Source: Candidatus Hadarchaeota archaeon
Lineage (GTDB): Archaea; CAYQAE01; CAYVLA01
Assembly (NCBI GenBank): GCA_964452145.1
Contig: CAYVLA010000113.1
Span: 1 to 10,880, forward strand
Direction: 5' to 3'
DNA length: 10,880 nt
Under the pieces are notes generated by a model that did no database searches, was not told the origin of the DNA, and was given only the letters and a program-made list of their open reading frames with translations. Of this stretch, positions 7,701-10,880 are shown one piece after another (position 1 is the stretch's first letter; every line of letters starts with the position of its first letter). The translations under genes were made by a program, and so were the position numbers.

Positions 7701-8506
7701 ATCTTCCGCTTCATTTGCTGATCGTACCAGCGCTTCTGTTCGCCTATGCGATAACCCTCCAGAGGCACGTAGACCTCTTTGCCCATGCTCCTGAGTTCGC
7801 GTGCGAGGTGTGTCCTGTAGTTCTTCCCGGCGTGGAAGTACACCCGGCTCACCTTGTCTACATCGATGCGTGTTTTCATCTGGTTCATTATCTTGTCCGC
7901 CCAGGATCTTCGCTCGCCTTCCGTCATGTTGTTGAGAGTGGTGTTGTATGGCTCGATGGTGTCCTGCGGTAGGAGGAATCCGTACTTGGCGCTCAGGATG
8001 CCGACATTCTCGTACTTGTCGATGGCGTATGTAAAGGCCTTTCGGAATAGCGTGGAGCGCCAGTACATCTCGCAGGCCGTGCATACCTTGTCTGCCTTCA
8101 CGCTCGTACATGATACGAGGCCAAGGCTCCCGGGTATGGGTCGATGTTCCTTGGATGGTTGGTTGGCACCTGCTGTCGGCCTTATCTTGGGCTCTGATGC
8201 CTCGTTGTTCAGCACTTCTACCATGCGGATCGGAGACTCTTCTTCGGGTTGTGTTCTAGGGAGTCTGTAGCGTATAAGCAGCGTGGCTCCTTTGCCGCTC
8301 GGGGGTTGCTCGAGGATCGTGTCCCCGGGAGCCACGTTGCTCTTCATGACTTGGAAGAGGATGGGCATTCGATGGTTGCGTCCGGGGTATCCTCCTGCCC
8401 TTCTGTGCAAATCCGCGGACTTAACCTCGACATAGGTTCTTCCACACATCGCAGCTTCTAGGAACACACGATCCAGAACTCTCTGGAAATCTCGGCTTGT
8501 CGGCAG
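7697..8506 (-). CDS. Two-domain protein: N-terminal 'LHR..GGYPG.NHRMP' domain fused to a DUF6884-like domain
   Basis: The N domain (DLHRRAGGYPGRNHRMP...GD.I...PPSGKGATL.IRYRLPR) is followed by a Pro/Glu-rich linker, then LVSCTSVK...MY..STLF.K......ILSAKYG.L.P...IEPYN.TL...ER..W...FHAGKNY...PLEGYRIGEQ..WY, the DUF6884 pattern as I recall it. The start is proposed at CTG 8506; the track uses GTG 8467. Confidence 0.8.
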   Translation of the reverse strand: MPTSRDFQRVLDRVFLEAAMCGRTYVEVKSADLHRRAGGYPGRNHRMPILFQVMKSNVAPGDTILEQPPSGKGATLLIRYRLPRTQPEEESPIRMVEVLNNEASEPKIRPTAGANQPSKEHRPIPGSLGLVSCTSVKADKVCTACEMYWRSTLFRKAFTYAIDKYENVGILSAKYGFLLPQDTIEPYNTTLNNMTEGERRSWADKIMNQMKTRIDVDKVSRVYFHAGKNYRTHLARELRSMGKEVYVPLEGYRIGEQKRWYDQQMKRKI

Positions 8507-8542
8507 TTTTCTGATCCCTCGATCCTATGATTCTCTCTCGGC

Positions 8543-8556
8543 TATTAACCATTTGT
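8543..8556 (-). promoter_or_regulatory. Putative BRE/TATA promoter for the minus-strand three-gene operon
   Basis: The minus strand reads ACAAATGG-TTAATA, with the TATA-like box at 8548-8543, about 37 nt upstream of CTG 8506. An SD-like GAGGG (8520-8516) lies between the box and the start. Confidence 0.35.
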
Positions 8557-8755
8557 GCCAGTCCCAATGCCAATCTAGCGCCTCAGCCTTGGAATCGCAT
8601 CTTTGATCGAACAACAAGAGTCTCCCACGCCGCCCCCGATACTTTGATAAACAGGTGGGACCATAGTCCTGCGCCTCGAAATCATTGATGGAGATCTCAA
8701 AACCCGATAGGAGTATACAGACGCCGGTTTGCCCTCAGATGCACACGGTGGGAGT

Positions 8756-9502
8756 ATGATACCGAACAACATCAGGAAAGAACATGTTCTTAAGGCGATT
8801 GCGGAGATCGACAACAAGGGCATACCGGAACGGAGAGGATCAACCAGATACGAACTCGCGCTTGATGGGAAGTCCTATCCTCCCAAGTACCTGATAACCA
8901 TCGCCAACAGATACGCGAATGGCAGGGAGTGGCCTTCTGATAGGTTCAACGGGGGATGGGAGACGAACACTTTTCTGTCCAGAATGGGCTTCAAGATTCG
9001 GAAGAAGAGCCGAAGCCACGAAGTGGCTTCGGAGAGAGGAGGACCGGCTGGTCAATCTGTCCCGAGTGAGAATGGGGACGAAGAAGAGGATGTAGCAGAG
9101 GCTGCTTTGGATTTCTCCTTCTCGTTTGAGGCTGATCTCAGGGATCACCTGGCCAGTCATCTGGATGAGTTGGAGGATGGTCTGGTTCTCTTTCGGCAGG
9201 GAGATGTTGCTGGCGTTGAATACGTTACCGACGTTGGGAGAATCGACTTGCTGGCGGTGGATCCTCGGGGAGATTTCGTTGTGATCGAGTTGAAGAGGAT
9301 CGGTAGCGACCGCGCCACAGGACAGCTCTTGCGTTACATGGGTTGGGTCAAAAGAGTGCTCGCTGGGGATCGAGGGGTGAGAGGGCTCATCGTGACCAGG
9401 GAAGCCGACGAGCGGCTCAGATATTCTGTCTCTGTCCTGTCCAATGTGAAGATCAAGGAGTATGAGATTTCTTTCAGCTTCAGGGATGCGGGTTTGGAGT
9501 AG
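8756..9502 (+). CDS. Endonuclease NucS-like (DUF91) PD-(D/E)XK nuclease with an N-terminal ScoMcrA-head-like domain
   Basis: ATG 8756 follows GGTGGGAG. The N domain (IP.NI.KEHVLKAI.EID..GIP..R.ST.Y.L...GK.YPPKY.I..AN....G.......FNGG.ETN.FL...GF.I) is followed by an acidic linker, then the NucS C-terminal catalytic pattern EADLRDHL...EY.T.VGRIDLLAVD..G.FVVIELKR......GQLLRYMGWV. Confidence 0.85.
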   Translation: MIPNNIRKEHVLKAIAEIDNKGIPERRGSTRYELALDGKSYPPKYLITIANRYANGREWPSDRFNGGWETNTFLSRMGFKIRKKSRSHEVASERGGPAGQSVPSENGDEEEDVAEAALDFSFSFEADLRDHLASHLDELEDGLVLFRQGDVAGVEYVTDVGRIDLLAVDPRGDFVVIELKRIGSDRATGQLLRYMGWVKRVLAGDRGVRGLIVTREADERLRYSVSVLSNVKIKEYEISFSFRDAGLE

Positions 9503-9577
9503 ATTGCACTATCGATCTGCTATTGTCACCAAGGATCCGCTTCTTGTTGCGGGGTGGCAGGGTTGGAAGAGGGTCTG

Positions 9578-9597
9578 CGATGGGATTCATCCCATCG
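9578..9597. repeat. Perfect 8-bp inverted repeat CGATGGGA-ttca-TCCCATCG (hairpin)
   Basis: Read directly from the sequence, 75 nt downstream of the NucS-like stop. It is followed by a pyrimidine tract (TCCTTCTTT), so it could be a terminator. Confidence 0.5.
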
Positions 9598-9945
9598 TCC
9601 TTCTTTGGTACTTGCAGCTTTCCCGTGGCGGCAGAACAGTAGATCAAAGGAGGCTCATCGCTTCATCCCCCCTCCGATGGGAGGCATCCGTCTAGAGAAT
9701 GACAGCCGTCATGAAGGGGAAGGCTACTTACACACAATGCGGATTGTGCCCAGAGATCGATGAGTCTTGGGCTTGAGGCCCATGACGTAACATTGCATGG
9801 GGGATGAAGCTTGGAAATGTATGCTTGGCACCAGCTACATCTCCACAGCGACTTCATCTCGGCGTCTCTTTGGGCGCCGATCAACCTAGCGAAAGGGACT
9901 TGAGACTTCCTCGTTTCCGGGCATTGATGATGCTCGCAAGGAATA

Positions 9946-10383
9946 TCAATCACATGGCGCTGGCAACCGGCGGCATGGACATGACGATCCGCTTCTGCCG
10001 ACACAGTTGGTAGCCATCAGTGAGGCGAGTAGGCCGAACAGAGGGAAGAGTTCCCCAATCGGTAGTTGTCCCTCATAGCCGGATAGCACTAGGATATCTC
10101 GTTCCTGCGTGGGAAAGGGCGATTGGCCCACACCCACCATTATGAATCCGAGTTTGGTGGCTAGCGCTTCTAGGAAGGCTTCATCCTCCAGGGCAGCTTC
10201 CAGGGCTTTCCTCTGGTCGGAGGTACCTGCAAATCTTGGGCCGTACCTCTCTCTGAGCTCCAAGTCGCGAAGATAGAACTCTAGTGCGGTTTGAACAAAG
10301 ACCGAGACGTTGTATCCTTCCTTTGTGCAGATGGCCTGGGTCCTGTTGCAGGGGCCTCGGGGATCAACTGAACTGGATAGCAC
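9946..10383 (-). pseudogene. Possible decayed ribbon-helix-helix (CopG-like) DNA-binding protein gene
   Basis: The segment LSSSVDP.....RTQAICTKEGYNVSVFVQTALEFYLRDLE has RHH-like strand-helix-G-x-S-helix periodicity, followed by a protein-like helix (RKALEAALEDEAFLEALATKLG). The remainder looks non-coding and there is no good start or SD. Confidence 0.3.
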
Positions 10384-10747
10384 GGGTTGACCATCGTGAA
10401 GAGAGCCGACGTGATTGCGAGGTTCCTGAAGTCACGGAGGAGAAGAAAGTGCGATCAGCAGAGGTCAGGATCCAATATGAAAAGGCTTGAAGCTTCTGGA
10501 GCCGAGGCTCCTTTGTCATGGGGGCATCCTGACGTGCTTGGTGTTAAGGATCGAGCTGTGCTTTGGGAGAAGTAGGCAGAGGACGAGGGGAACTGCCTGA
10601 GCGGAAGTCGATGTTGTCTGGCTGGTCTGACTGGTAAGGATTGATCGCTTGAACATGGATCCGGATGGCACATCTTGAGTCAAAGAGAGACTTCGCCAGT
10701 GGCCTTTATCAGGCAGCTGCCCTCCTCTAATAGAACCGGTTGATTCC

Positions 10748-10880
10748 ATGGTCAATGAAGGCGACATCGCTCCGGACTTCGAGCTCCAAGCCGATGATGG
10801 ATCGATGGTTTCTCTGAAACAGTTGAGGGGCAAGAAGGTCGTCCTCTACTTCTATCCCAAGGACAACACACCCGGATGCA
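10748..10880 (+). CDS. bcp: Peroxiredoxin BCP/PrxQ (thioredoxin-dependent thiol peroxidase), 5' part; runs off the window
   Basis: Manual translation from ATG 10748 gives MVNEGDIAPDFELQADDGSMVSLKQLRGKKVVLYFYPKDNTPGC, with the canonical YFYPKDxTPGC peroxidatic motif. An SD-like GGTTGA and a TATA-like TTTATC (10705-10710) lie upstream. Not in the ORF track. Confidence 0.95.
   Translation, partial: MVNEGDIAPDFELQADDGSMVSLKQLRGKKVVLYFYPKDNTPGC

Noticed and set aside
7701..8111. 137-codon N-terminal extension of the 7008..8111 ORF
   Set aside because: It lies wholly inside the DUF6884-like gene in another frame and reads as shadow translation. ATG 7700 with the ATGA overlap is the better start.
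8710..8757. Direct repeat GGAGTAT (8710-8716 and 8751-8757) upstream of the NucS-like gene
   Set aside because: It is only 7 bp with two copies, which is compatible with chance.
8756..9502. Calling this gene the housekeeping mismatch-repair nucS/endoMS
   Set aside because: It lacks the canonical NucS N-terminal domain and shares only the catalytic domain, so no gene symbol is given.
10498..10516. Hairpin GGAGC-cgag-GCTCC followed by TTTGT as a terminator
   Set aside because: The stem is short, the U-tract is weak, and no confident gene lies immediately upstream on that strand.
9503..10747. CRISPR array, tRNA, SRP/RNase P RNA or IS element in the low-coding region
   Set aside because: I saw no regularly spaced repeats, tRNA cloverleaf/T-loop, RNase P or SRP signature, terminal inverted repeats or transposase motifs.

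Overview
Gene-dense prokaryotic window, probably archaeal. The basis is a GGTGA-type SD, TATA-like TTTA boxes about 25-45 nt upstream of starts, and TTG/CTG starts; taxonomy is inference only. Left part (1-4791): two tandem paralogous C-terminally membrane-anchored surface proteins, a heparinase II/III-family lyase and a small LMW phosphatase. Centre (about 4860-9502): a nuclease-rich, defence-like island. It holds an N-terminally truncated EEP nuclease/phosphatase, a PD-(D/E)XK nuclease, a tightly coupled minus-strand three-gene operon ([GGYPG-NHRMP domain + DUF6884-like] - [GIY-YIG-like nuclease] - [HhH/glycosylase-like helical protein]) and a divergent NucS-like endonuclease with a swapped N-terminal 'head' domain. 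No DNA methyltransferase is visible. Right part: a 1.2 kb low-coding stretch with hairpins and a possible decayed RHH gene, then the 5' end of a BCP peroxiredoxin that the ORF track missed. The best candidate for an undescribed system is the three-gene operon at 6333-8506. All family calls come from motif recognition by eye, not from database searches.
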